Below, piece by piece: positions 30,501-43,958 of a stretch of 64,000 nt of DNA (position 1 is its first letter; every line of letters begins with the position of its first letter). Below the pieces are notes generated by a model. That model did not search any database. It was not told where the DNA came from and saw nothing but the letters and a program-made list of their open reading frames with translations. This stretch comes from the human T2T-CHM13v2.0 reference genome, Homo sapiens. The translations under genes were made by a program, and so were the position numbers. The stretch lies in NCBI RefSeq assembly GCF_009914755.1, contig NC_060932.1; one strand, given 5' to 3'.

Positions 30501-32749
30501 CACGCTAGTTAGGGGATGCAGAGGGTAGGAGATTTCGCCTCTTTTTTGGACACATCACTGGACTTCCAGATGAATTTGTTGAATGGGTGGCAGCTGTAAA
30601 AGCATGAAGAGGTCTGAGGGGAGAAATGAGGGTTAGAGAATGGAATCCAGAAGCTTCATGGAGGTTTTGTAAGAATTAGTGAAGCCACTGAAGTGAATAA
30701 TCTATAACAGATCATTTATAATTATTAACTTGCACGTTCATGTGCTGGAATGTAATCATGTTTGTCTGAAGGGCCAACACAGCAGTTTTAAAGGGATTCA
30801 CAAACAGAAGAAAGCTGCTGTTCTCTCCAGTAAGCAATATTTTAGTGGCAAAACACCCCGTGAATGGTTTGTGAGTACAAAGCAGCAGCATGTGAATAGC
30901 TTTTTACAATATCACGTTCTCTCCTTCCACTTGGGAAGGAAGCACAATGCTACCATAAGCAGATACTAACAGAGCACAGATGCTGGTGCTGATGTCAGCG
31001 TAAATGCTGTCCCGCACCAGAAAAAAAAAAAAAAAAAACCTCCCAAAGTACTGTGCCTGCATAAATCTTATATTTTTATGAATCACTGCCATCACTGCAA
31101 CCTCACACTGAAAATTTGTGTCTTAGATGTGAATGGATTATTCCAGATAGTTTCTCTTAGACTCATAATTTATACTTGTCCACATATCATATCAAAACAG
31201 GGCTTTGCTTCCTAGGTTGCCCAAGTGGCAGCCTGTACCCAGTGTGGCTAAAGTTCGAAAATATCATTTAATTTTTATCCAGAGGAGCAAAATCGGTCTG
31301 ATGCTTCTGTTGTAAACATCCAACCACAGATTCAACATAAATATTTCCACTTCTGATCAACAGCAGTTTTCCAGAGCCAACAAATACATTCCACTATACA
31401 ATTTTATGCTTTGTAAAAGGTGACCTATACTTTCTTTTTCAAATGCAGTTTCTTTAATGAAAATATTGTAATGTCAGTCCATGCAAAGCAAATGCATATT
31501 AATATGCGTTTACATCTGTCTCATATTAATATTCATGCCTGAATCCACATCCCTACACAAAGCCAATTTTCTGACCATCTGTGTGATGGCTGGTGGATGC
31601 AATGAATAAATTTTATTTGTGAGGGGAGTGATAAATCATGTATCTTCAGTTTTTCACCCACAATCTTTCCTCTTAGGTGCAAAAATGTTTTTATCGTGGT
31701 TTGGAATATTTAAGTAAACGAAACAGATTAACCCTTTAACATTCCTACAGATACAGGCAATTTTATAAAGGGCATGAAAATACAGTCTCAACAACTCTAA
31801 AAATAAGAAAAAGGAACTATGGATTTACTTGCTTAGATTAGACATCCTTTGTTCCTATGTGAGTTCCGGTCTTTTACACTAATCTTTGATATTGTTTAAA
31901 ATGTACTCTACCTGTTTTTGAAAATTTCACAGATGAAAACAAGACCCCTGCAGAAAGAGTGTATTCCTAAAGAAACTCCTGACAGTCATCAAGTACCTTA
32001 AAAATCCTACTACAAAGTGTAACCATACATAAAGAAGATTTCAAACAGGAAAGAAGATTATGAACAAAGAAAGTGTATTAGTATTTACACAATGATCTTG
32101 GTACTTTCAATTTCACCCTGGTGAAATATCAACATTTCAGTGGCAACAATGTGTTTGTCAATTTGGTGATCTGTTGAGGAATATCACATCCAAATCTAAG
32201 AAGCAATTACCTTTCAGGATGCAACAAATACAGTTAATTAACCTGGCAAATAGAGCCCAAAGAGAAGGATTAAATTGAAAAGTAATCATATCATGATAGG
32301 GAGGCATGAAAATATTGCACGCTGAAGAAAGAAGCATGATCTGATGTCTTAAATAATGAAAACCATGTCAGGTGGTCTAAGATGGTTTCCTTGCCTCTTC
32401 CAGGAATGGTTTCTATGAATTCTAGATGAATGGGCCACTAGATTGAATCCAAACCCAAAGTTTCAATTTGATTTCATTTACCTTCTCTGAGTCAGACAGG
32501 GCTTTTCTAAGGTCACTGAAATTGTCCACAGTCACAAGTAGCACAAACCATAACTTCCAGGTCAAAGCAGAAATAAATTGGAACTTACCGTTCTCACTTA
32601 CAGGCTGCTGAAAGTTTCTACTTCTATTGTAATATCACCGAACCAAGTGACAAGGTCAAATGAGAACTCTCAGAGCTATCAATCTACTGTAGATACCCAC
32701 GTGGGCCAATGGATAGTCAAGTCATAAATGCAGTAGGATCAGAGAATTG

Positions 32750-33200
32750 TTAGCTCAAATAAGCAAGTTACTTATTGAACACCTGTTACTGGCGAGGCAC
32801 TGTCCTGAGATGCAGATCAAGATGCCACATTGGCCTCAGAAAGCTTACCACCTCACTAATAACACAGACAGGTTCTCCCACAAGGTTCTGAGCCATTAAG
32901 CTGGTGTATGATAAATATGAACTAAATACTATAAAAGGAATTTAAAAGATGATGAGATTCCCGCTGTCCCAGATAATTAAGGACCTTCTTTAAGAGGAAT
33001 TTAAGATCAACCTTGAAGGCTGAAAAAGTTCGGATGGTTTTAGAAGTCTCATCAGGTGGGAGAAGCTTTACAACGGTTCAAGGCAGGAAATATTTAGTGG
33101 GAGAAGTAGGAATAATTGGAAGGAACTGCAGGTAGCCACTCTGGTTACAGCTGAGAATTAATGTCCAAAACTATGGGAGTTAAAGGAAATGATTTTAGGC
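32750..33200 (-). mobile_element. L2 relic
   Basis: cttattgaacacctgttactggcgaggcactgtcct...tggcctcagaaagcttac. Confidence 0.6.
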
Positions 33201-34687
33201 AGTACCACAAGTAGGCACTAAATAACACTGAATTACAAAGTCAGAAAAATAATCCCGTAGTAACTCTGTTAATTCTCTTCGTTGCCTCAAGAAGATAGTC
33301 TGTTTGGTGCCAATATATCTTTAACACCACTGCAGTACTTGCTAAATCCCCGTTCTTAACAGAGAGCCAGGCCCAAGGCTCAAAGTCTACAGACTAAAAC
33401 TTGATAACATTGTTTGGTTTCATGTGTTTATTTTTAGTATTACCTCATGTTATACCAAGTAGTACTTACTGGTCTTCCATTTGCGTGGTAATATAAAATT
33501 TCCTTTCAAGAAGTTTATTTAAAATGTTAAAGATTAGTTGTTTTTTAAAAAAAAAATAGATGATAGAACTGGTGATAATGAAGGCAAGTGATTTAAAATT
33601 TGTATCTAACAGGATAGAGTAACCAGCAAGATACAGAGATGAGTTGGTCTCAGGCCAGATTTGACTCAAACCAGATTTGACTGGTTTCAAGTCTAGCCTT
33701 TGATTTCAATTCAATTTGATAATTCTAAGTACCTCTGTTTTCCTCATATGTGTGGTGCTAAAAGAGGCATTGCTGAGGTCATGTTTGTGAAATCTCCTTC
33801 AGGCCTAGAATTTTAACAAAAATATACCTAAACCAATTATATATAAATGCAAAAGAAACATTATTTATACTGGCAAGAGAGAGAAAAGCATAATAGGTCA
33901 CCAAGCCTCAGAGATTTACCATAAAAGATATAAACTAAAATACTTCACCAGAAGCAAAAGGATATTGCTTTCATTAGATCACTCAGAATTTCACACCATA
34001 TACTTAAGTATGATTTAGCATAATATTGATACTTGTTCATATTTGCCACCTACCTATTTCACAGTAACATTGTAAGGATTAGTGATATGTAATGTTTCTT
34101 AAGCTATCTCAGCTCTTAAAAGAAAATATACACCATAAAATCAAGGTAATAGTAATAATAGTCATCATCATAATAGCAATAACTGCTCACGCATTTTCAA
34201 ACATGGGTTCTGGGTTGATGGAAAGGGAAATTAGGTTGTAAGCTAAAAATGCAGGCTTATCAGCTGATTAGAACAGAAAGGCTTAGGATGGGATAAGAGT
34301 GATGCTATCTACAATTTATCAAGGTCTCAGATGGGTTCTGAGATTTGGCATTTGTAACAACTCCCAGTTTGCTGATGCTGCTGGTGTGAGGCCACACTTC
34401 AAGTAGTAAGACTTTTTCCACTCTTTCGGGGTCAGATCTAAGATATACACCATTGACTGTCAGAGGACTTAAGGGAGTGTGTCTGAATACATCTTGGCAA
34501 ATCTATCACTGCTGCTTAGACTGCCCCATTTGGGTCACCTTTGTACCTGGTATTCTATCTCCATTGTCCAATCTACCGCCTACAAGAAAATTATTTTTCT
34601 CATTTTCTCCCTGTCCCACCCCCACTCCCAAACAAGATGTGAACTTTTTAAGAGCAGAAAGCATGATACATTTTAAAAACTGATCAT

Positions 34688-35669
34688 GAGTAAACAGACA
34701 ACCTATAGAATGGGAGAAAATATTTGCAAAGTATGCATTTGACAATGGTCTAATATCCAGCATCAACAAGAACTTAAACAAATTTACAAGAAAAAAAAAC
34801 AAACAATCCCATTAAAAAGTGGGCAAAGGACATGAACAGACACTTCTCAAAAGAAGACATACACGCCGCCAACAAACATATGAAAAAAAGCTTGACATCA
34901 CCAATCACTGATTAGGAAAACGCAAATCAAAACCACAATGAGATACCATCTCACACCAGCCAGAATGGTTATTATTAGAAAGTTAAAAAAACAACAGATG
35001 CTAGTGAGGTTGTGGAAAAAAAGGAACGCTTTTACCTTGTTGTTGGGATTGTAAATTAATCCAGCCATTGTGAAAAGTGGTATGACAGTTCCTCAAAGAG
35101 CTAAAAGCAGAACTACCATTCAGCCCAGCAATCCCATTACTGGGTGTATACCCAGAGAAATATAAATCATTGTACCATAAAGACACATTCACACAAATGT
35201 TCATCGCAGCACTCTTCACAATAGCAAAGACGTGAAATCAACCTAAATGCCCACCAATGACAGATTGAAAAAAGAAAATGTGGTACATATACACCATGGA
35301 ACACCATACAGCCATGGAAAGGAACAAGATCATGTCCTTTGCAGGGACATGGATGGAGCAGGGAGCCATTATCCTCAGCAAACTAACACAGGAACAGAAA
35401 ACCAATACCACAAATTCTCACTTATAAGTGGGAGCTAAATGATGAGAACTCACGAACACAAAGAAGGAAACAACAGACACTGAGGTCTACTTGAGGGTGG
35501 AGGGCAGGAGGAGGGAGAGGGTAGAAAAGATAACTATTGGGTACTGGGCTTAATACCTAGGTAATTAAATAATCTGTACAACAAACCACCATGGCACAAG
35601 TTTACCTATGTAACAAACCTTCATCTGTACCCCTGAACCTAAAATAAAAGTTAAATAAATAAGTAAAAT
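34688..35669 (+). mobile_element. 5'-truncated L1PA15/16-like element
   Basis: ORF2 end and 3'UTR (gataactattgggtactgggcttaatacctaggt); TSD aaaaactgatYat at 34675-34687 and 35670-35682. Confidence 0.93.
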
Positions 35670-36043
35670 AAAAACTGATTATAAGGTTTGGGCAAAGACT
35701 TATATTCAAAAATGCTGATTTCAGAACGTTTTATAACATCAAAAAGTAGGAAAAACATGTTTCTTATAAAAATATTTAATAATATGGGATATGTTAATGA
35801 TATAACATTGGGTTTAAAAGCAGGATACAAAACTATATTCAGTATTGTTTAAATTTAAATATAGGTAAAAAGAAATATAGAAAGTAGGGTGCATAATTAA
35901 TAAACTAATAGCAACTGCTCTTCATTTCTGCTGAGTAATCATTAGGAAGAGGATGGGAATGTAATTTTCCCCTCTAAACCTCTCACTAAAGAACAGCAAG
36001 GTTTGTGAGATTGTAGACTCTATCGCTCCAAAAAGGAGTTAAC

Positions 36044-36396
36044 GCATGGAGGTAGAGCACAATGATACATACAAAGGCTTGGAAGGGTGTGTGGGTGGGA
36101 GGGGAGAGAACGGAGGTTGGTCAAGAGGTACAAACATATGGTTAGATAGAAGATATGAGTTCTAATGTTCAACAGCAGAGGAGGGTGACTATAGTTAACA
36201 ACAATGTATTATGTATTTCAAAGTAGCTAGAAGAGAGGACTTGAACCCTTTCCAACACATAGAAATGCTAAATACTCAAGGTGATAAATACCCCAAATAC
36301 CCTGACTTGATCATGACACATTCTATGCATGTAACAAAACATCACATGTACCCCACAAATATGTAAAATATTAAGAATCAATAAAAAATATTTTTT
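36044..36396 (+). mobile_element. L1MA 3' end
   Basis: ggtgactatagttaacaacaatgtattatgtatttcaaagtagctagaagagaggacttgaa; TSD aaaaggagttaac/aaaaggtgttaac. Confidence 0.9.
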
Positions 36397-37073
36397 AAAA
36401 GGTGTTAACATCTTAGTGTTTCAGTCATAGCAAGAGTGAACAAGCTGAACCTTTATAGGATGGGGATGATTTACGGGTCATGGTGGGGCATGGCCCAGAC
36501 TCAAGGAAAGAGTTGGATTCCTGAAGCCTGGGGAGAAGCAGGAGTCCAGGGATGAGCTGCTGCTCCCTGGCCCTCTTTGATGTGTCCCACGTGGGCATGG
36601 CTCATGGAGATTTGAGGCCTGAATAGCAGTCCCTGGTGAACCATAACACCTGGTAGCCTCCATCACTGAATGGTCCCTGAGGGCTGGAGCCACAATGGGC
36701 TAGAAATCAGAAGCCTTCCCAATTTTCCCAGATGGTGTAAGTTTTGGGGTCCTTTACAACCTCATGGGAACAACCAGACAACCTAAAACCAAGTAGGTTA
36801 GGGGCTATGTCAGATTTAATGAAATGTGGAATAAACCTACATAATTTTTTTTCTTACTTGACAGATTATAGAGTAGTACATATACATGCATATGAAACAC
36901 TGGAGAAAAACATGCCAAGTTGTTAGTAGTTAACACTTGGGGGTTGGTTTATAAGTGATTTGGTTTTCTTCTTTCAACATTTCTATATTTTTCAGAAATT
37001 CCTAACAACACCTAAGTTGCATTTAGAATTAGGAAAAGAAAATACAAGAAATGTCATTCTTTAAAATCAAGTG

Positions 37074-37338
37074 GCACTTTGGGAAGCTAAGGCAGGCAGA
37101 TCACCTGAGGTCAGGAGTTTGAGACCAGCCTAGCCAACATGGTGAAACTCCATCTCTACTAAAAATACAAAAAATTAGCCGGGCATGGTGGCGCATGCCT
37201 GTAGTTCCAGCTACTCAGGAGGATGAGGTAGGAGAATCACATGAACCCAGGAGGTGGAGGTTGCAGGGAGCCAAGATTGCACCATTGCACTCCAGCCTGG
37301 GCGACAAGAGTGAAAGTCCATATCAAAAAAAAAAAATC
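37074..37338 (+). mobile_element. 5'-truncated AluS
   Basis: Starts at gcactttggg; TSD aaaatcaagtg/aaaatcaaagtg. Confidence 0.94.
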
Positions 37339-37524
37339 AAAATCAAAGTGCATATCTTATTCTCCTTTTTTATATGCAGCACCTAACACTGTGCTGGTAT
37401 ACAGCAGGCAGTGAAAAAATCATAACTAATTAAATAAACAATTCAAAGCCCATGTCATAATGGTAAGTTAATGCAATTTTTCTGGTATACAAGAAATAGT
37501 CCATGCACATTTGAAAGAAAATAA

Positions 37525-37556
37525 GTTATTCTCAGAATAGCTATTCTGAGAATAAC
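37525..37556. repeat. Perfect 32-bp spacerless palindrome containing two GAS motifs
   Basis: gttattctcagaatag|ctattctgagaataac. Confidence 0.95.
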
Positions 37557-37589
37557 ATTTTATGTAAGATTATTAAAAATTATGAGAGA

Positions 37590-37850
37590 GGTGTTATGGA
37601 AAGCATTAAGCAAAGGCAGCCTGAGCTCAAGGACAATGTTCTTGATTTGATGACAGAGGCTTTGTTTCGGTTTCTGTGTTACCTGCTAAGTGTATCCCTT
37701 TGGCAAGTCACTGACCTCTCCCAGCCTTTGATATTTCATCTACAAACATAAGTTCTATCAATTTAAGTAAGGCATCATTAAAATCAAGTGAAGTATAGAA
37801 ATGTGAAAGCAATTTTAAAACTATGATGTACTATATCAGGCTATTTTCAT
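37590..37850 (+). mobile_element. MIR
   Basis: tgtatccctttggcaagtcactgacctctcccagcctt...catctacaaa. Confidence 0.7.
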
Positions 37851-38084
37851 TATTAGAGCCTATATTTGGTAGAATGCAAAAGAAAGACTAAAAATATAGG
37901 TAATTCTTTTTACATCATTTATCAAGTTAAAAAGTCAAACTAAATATGTATCTCATGTTCCTGCCTCTTTGTCTAGTGAGTGATTTTACAAGTCAACTTG
38001 CAACATAACCACCAACAAATGTGATAATAAATAAATAAATTTAGACAGGAATGGAGGTTCATTAGTAACTTCTATACTTTGCCA

Positions 38085-38970
38085 TTTAGTTCACTCATGT
38101 ATTTATTGTTTCAACAATACTTTTTGTGTCAGACACTCTTCTAGGAGCTAGAGATTCAGGAGTGAGCGAGATCAAGATCTCTGCCCTAGTATAACTCTCA
38201 TTCTAATGGGCAAGAGATTAATAATCAACAAATAAACAAGAGAATCCAAGATTGGGATAAGTGCTATGAAGAAAATAAGCAGGACCATGGTCAGCAGCCT
38301 CCAAGATGGCCCCAGTGCACCACCCTTGGAAAGGGCATGGATATCTGGAGGCAGAAGCACTGGGGCCACCTTGGAGAGTTGGTGACCACAGTCAGTGACC
38401 CACCTTGTAGAGTCAGTCTGACTGGCCAATAGAATATAGTGGAGGTGATGGTGTGTTATCTTCAAGATTCGGTTATAGAAGATACCGTGGTTTCCGTTTT
38501 GGTCACTCTCATGCTTTGTCTCCCTCTGAGGGAGAAGCCAAATGTCATATGATGAAGACACTCAGACCCTCTGGAGAGGCCCGTGTGGCTAACAACCATA
38601 TGAACAGTTTCAGAAGTGGGTCCTCCATTCCTTCAGATGACCCAAGTCCCAGCTGACCACTTGACCGCAACCTCAGGAGAGATCCTGAGTTGGAACCACT
38701 GGATCCCAGATTCCTGTCACACAGAAAGTGTGTGACAGTAGATCTTGTCGTTTTAAGCTGCTGAATTTGGGGCAATTTTACATAGCAATGGATAAGTAAA
38801 ACAAGAATAATGCAAAGAACTGCATCATGGTTCAAAAAGACCTACTTGAGGAGATTGTATTTGCTCTAAAACCTGAAGGACAAGAATGAACCATGCAAAG
38901 AAAAGCCAGCTTAAGGGAACAAACAGCAGAAGAGGGAAAGGACATGGAATGTTTGAGAAGCAAACACACA
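38085..38970 (-). mobile_element. L2 3' region interrupted by an MLT1 LTR
   Basis: ttcactcatgtatttattgtttcaacaatacttttt...cagacactcttctaggagctagagattcag; resumes at ~38805. Confidence 0.75.
38286..38803 (+). mobile_element. MLT1F-type MaLR LTR with an inverted duplication of its 5' end
   Basis: cagcctccaagatggcccc...gttttaagctgctgaatttggggcaattttacatagcaatggataagtaaaaca. Confidence 0.82.
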
Positions 38971-39089
38971 CTTCTCCCCAGAGTGATTCTGTGAATTAAC
39001 CAGACACGTCTCCATTCTGCTCCCATGGACCTACTGCTGGTGATTCCCATTTGCAGTCGCCTAACCTACTACCCTTACGCTGTTCTCTG

Positions 39090-39295
39090 CTGTGTTCCTC
39101 AACCATCAGCATTTGGGGCAATTCTTCACAGCACAGGACTGCCCTCATATCGTGGAATGGTTTGCACCCTAAATCTCTCCCACTAAATGCTGAGAGAACC
39201 TCCAATTCGTATGACAACCCCAAACTTCCCCTCGCCCCCACTTTTCAAAACACCCTCCAGGGGGGCAGTATTGTCCCCCATGTAAAACCACATGG
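39090..39295 (+). mobile_element. MER20-like hAT MITE
   Basis: ttcctcaacc...tggggcaattcttc...cccactaaatgc...tgacaacc...ccaggggggcagtattgtcccc. Confidence 0.55.
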
Positions 39296-40588
39296 TCTGA
39301 ACTACAGAGACCACAAGCTATAGCAACTAAAAACACTCATGGGCGTCCGAGTTTCTTAGATATGAAACGCAGCCCCACCACCCATCAGAAAATGGACTTT
39401 CTCTCTCTCAACCTCATTTTGCTTAGTTGTTAAATAAGCCTTCCAAGGATTAAATCGAATAACATGTGTAAAATAGCACAGGTCTGGCATATAGGAAATA
39501 CTTAGAATGGGAGCTATCGTTAAATATTTCTCCTCCTGGCCTGGCCAAATCCCTCTCACTCTTTAAAATCAAAACGAAGCCAAATCTCTTCCGAGAAGCT
39601 TCAGTGGTTCCTCTTACCCTTTTCTTTGAATTTATAATGCATTCATTGCTAATTGATGCCTTCTTTGGGGACAAATGGCACTTGACGGCTATTGCTCTCT
39701 GTGGAAACCACAAGGGTTTCTTAATTTCTTAAGCCACATATGCAGGCTTCCTTTTTGTCCCCACTGCAGGCCACGGTGCTGGAAAGTCGGCTTGCTCTCC
39801 TATTCTCCTATATCACCCTCTCAATCCCTTGAGGTTTTTTCCATCAAGGTTGGTTGTTGAGTTGGATGGTCTCTGTAGTACCCACCACTCCTTCCTTGCT
39901 GCTCAGAGAAAAACGCAGGGGCTTTTATAACCAAATAATTAACCATCAGATGTCCCCATAAAACTTTCTGGCACTGTGGGGGCAAGGGTGTTGGGACAGC
40001 CTAAGCTTCAATTTAAAAAAAAAAAAATCCTCAAGCATGAATTAACATCACCCCCACTATCTCAGGACTCTCCGAAGAATTCTGTTTCCCTGGTTCCCTT
40101 TTGCTTTGATTTTCTGCGTTCAGTAGTTCTCGCTATCTCAGTTTTGCATCTTTCCTCCTTCATTCTCTTCTCTTCAGCCCACATCACCAGTGTGAGATGT
40201 GGCCCCCATTTCCTTTTTACCCTCCCACAAATTGTCAACAACATACAAAGGTGGGAGGCAGAGCTTTGGAGTGACAGAGGGAAGTCCAGCACTGCCAACA
40301 GCCGAACACTTATTATTAGAATTCCTGTTAGCAACAAGCCACCAGCCCCCAATCTCCTGAAATGTGTTTCTCTCCCCAAAGCATATTGATAATCACTGTG
40401 GAGAAAAAAAGCTTAAAAAATAAAATGCAGGAAGCTTAAAAGATAAGAAATGTTACAAATTCTTAGCATGGATCTTAGATCTATCATTCTTTCTTTCTCA
40501 AATCATATCACAGCTCAGTTAACCAAAGATTTGCCTTCTTTTTACTGTTGCTATTTTTTTGGTTTGTTTTTTAAAAGAATGAAGCCCA

Positions 40589-40993
<405 letters not shown>

Positions 40994-41017
40994 TCAGAGG
41001 TGTAAACCATTGTCTTT

Positions 41018-41183
<166 letters not shown>

Positions 41184-42494
41184 AACTATTGTATTTTAGG
41201 TGCATACCTTCCTCCAGCATGCAGGCTTGACCTTGCCAGGCTCCTCCACACTGGAGGGTCTCACTTCCATGGGTTTCCAAGTTCTCACCTACTCTAATGA
41301 CTCCTCAGCTTAGCCCTCCTTTCCCCTGCTATCCCTTGGGGCTGGTGCCTACGGTTTTTACTTCGTTTGTCCCTGTGCCCCTAACGCCTTGTTCCAGTCG
41401 TAGAAGAAGGCCTTAATGTACTTTCCCAATGATCGATCCTGAAAATCACACCCAGGTATCAATCAGTTTTTGCTTACTTCATAACTGACCTCATCCACAT
41501 GTACCCATGGCAAAGGCACCATATGTTAGTTCTTATGTTGGACTAAATAAAGAAAAGAAATTTAGAAAGAGTTTCACACATCATCTGGGTAATCATCCTG
41601 TATTTATAAGAGAGCAGATTAATGTCCCTGCATTAATATATGACTCAAATGCGGCTATGAGGGCTGAGCATGATTATCTGAGCTTGTTACTTAACCCACT
41701 CAATTTTTTTAAAAATTCTGCAATCTGATGTGGCAGAACAGACTCCAAATGTTCTTGAACTTCAGCAAGGAGCAAAGCTACCTAAATGTGGGAGTAGGGA
41801 ATGGTCGGCTGATCTGCAAGCACAGCCGCAAGAGCCCTAAAGAGAGGGTCGTTTTGTCGTGGGGCTTGGCTTTCCATCTGGCTTCTTTCTTCAAACCTAA
41901 ATCCAGGAAAGCCTTTACTTTGAAATCTGTCTCTGCTCCAGTCTGACACCAGGCTTGCCCTCTTGCCCTAAGAGGCCTTAAGCCACCAGCCTGGGCATTG
42001 GTAGGACTTCATTCTGGTTTCCAGGTTCACCCTGGCATTGGCCGATAAATGGGTTTCCCAGATGAATGGGTTTCTGCGTTGTAACCTGTGGCAGTATCTG
42101 CCCAAGAGGTAAGTCCCAGCCCCCAAACCCACTGGCTGGAGTAGAATTTTTACCTTCAAACTCCAGGCTTCATCTGACCTGACAGCTAGACCCCCACACA
42201 GGATCTCTTGCATTGTACAACTTCAGGGGGCACCATTCACTGTGTGCTCTATCTGGGCAACTCTGTGGCAACGAAGTTGTCTTTCTGGAAACCTGGAATT
42301 CATCTATGCTGTCCCTGCTTGTGCATGATAAATCTTGAATATAGTTTGAGCTTTTTAATGATACTTTACCCCTCACTTTCCTCCTTTATAGACAATACTG
42401 CCTGTTATAGGCCTAAAGTGCTCAATCCTTCAGTCATAGCTTCAGAACCTTTTTCACATCATGGCACACATGAAAAATAATTTTTGTCCTTGCT

Positions 42495-42797
42495 GGCACA
42501 GGCACTGTAGCTCACTCCTATAATCCCAGCACTTTGGGAGGCCAAAGCAAGAGGATCGCTTAAGGCCAGGAGTTTGAGGCCAGCCTGGGCAACACAGCAA
42601 GACCCTGTCTCTATATACAATTTTTTAAAATTAGCCAGGCATGGTGAAGTGAGCCTGTTGTCCCAGCTACTGAGGAGGCTGAGACGAGAGGATCGCTTAA
42701 GTCCAGGCATTGAAGGTTACAGTGAACTGTGATTGCACCACTGCACTCCAGCCTGGGCAACAGAATGAAACTTTCATCTCTTTAAAAAAAAAAAAAA
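42495..42797 (+). mobile_element. AluJo-type element
   Basis: gaggatcgcttaaggccaggagttt J-type arms; TSD core ttgtccttg. Confidence 0.93.
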
Positions 42798-43379
42798 TTG
42801 TCCTTGATGATATAGCTGTTACCAGTCAGAGGCAACTGGTCCAGGGAGGCACCTCCAGCTGGCTTGGGCCCTTCTTCAGCCACCCTTGGGCTGAGGGTGC
42901 CACTATTTTGTCACATTGTAACCCATCCACAGCCTGTCTGCATACTCAGTCTTTGGATAGCCCTGCCTTAAGGCGCTTGGCTGGCCGCCAGCCTGGGTCC
43001 ATTGTTCTAATTGTATGTCTTTGGGTCAGCCTGCATTTTAAGGCCTTCCTATTCTTTAGGTTTGATTTTCTCTGTAAAGTAATAATGTTTCTATATGATA
43101 TATCAACTCAGAGAAAAGCATGAGGGGTACTGGTAGGAAATTTTGAATTTTTTTCCAACCTAAATTGGCCAGTGAAAAAGCTTTCCAATTCAAAAGAATG
43201 AGAATCTCAGAGATAAGGCAGAAGACTTGAAAAATAAATCTCTCTTTTCCTACCTTCAATTGTCCTATTTCCCTCATACACTTATTGTATTACATTTCCC
43301 ATATACATTTATTGTGCTTTTAAATATGAATAGCTCCCAAAGATTTTGCACCTACTCTATGCCAGACAATATGCTAAGC

Positions 43380-43610
43380 CAGGGGTGTCCAATCTTTTGG
43401 CTTCCCTGGGCCACATTCGGAAAAGACGAATTGTCTTGGGCCACACATAAAATACACTGTCACTAACAATAGCTGATGAGCTAAAAACAAACCAAAAAAT
43501 GCCATAAAGATCTCATGATGTTTTAAGAAAGTTTACAAATTTGTGTTGGGCTGCATTCAAAGCCATCCTGAGTCACATGGGGCCTATGGGCCGCAGGTTG
43601 GATAAGCTTG
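43380..43610 (+). mobile_element. MER30 hAT MITE nested in a MIR (~43330-43790, minus)
   Basis: caggggtgtccaatcttttggcttccctgggccacatt...ggttggataagcttg; TSD core ctaagc. Confidence 0.92.
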
Positions 43611-43958
43611 TCTAAGCTCTTTTCATGTATCACCTCACCGATTCCTCAATCATATATGAGGCAGAAATTATTCGTACCATTTCACAGGTGAGCAAACAGA
43701 AGGTGAAGAGTTAAATGACTCGTCCAGGAAGTGGTGACCATTATTTGAACTCAGATCTGGCTGACTCCAAAATTCATGCTCTTAAGTCAGATAAATCACG
43801 TGAAGCATGCAGTAGGTGTAAAACTTATTCCACGGACTCTACTTTTAAGAAATGTCATATTTCTATATTTCTTTATTTTCTTTAAACCAAACTAAATCTG
43901 ATTTCAAGTCCCTATTCCATGACAGGATTTCAACCTCAATCTGTGTTGAAGTTCCTTC

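Noticed and set aside
34688-35440. L1 ORF2 C-terminal coding remnants (also 61645-61890 and 46-231)
   Set aside because: Truncated, frameshifted retrotransposon sequence, not a host gene.
39251-39270. CTCF-like ccctccaggggggcagta in a MER20-like MITE
   Set aside because: An extra G or mismatches at core positions make it a weaker match than the LTR41 site.
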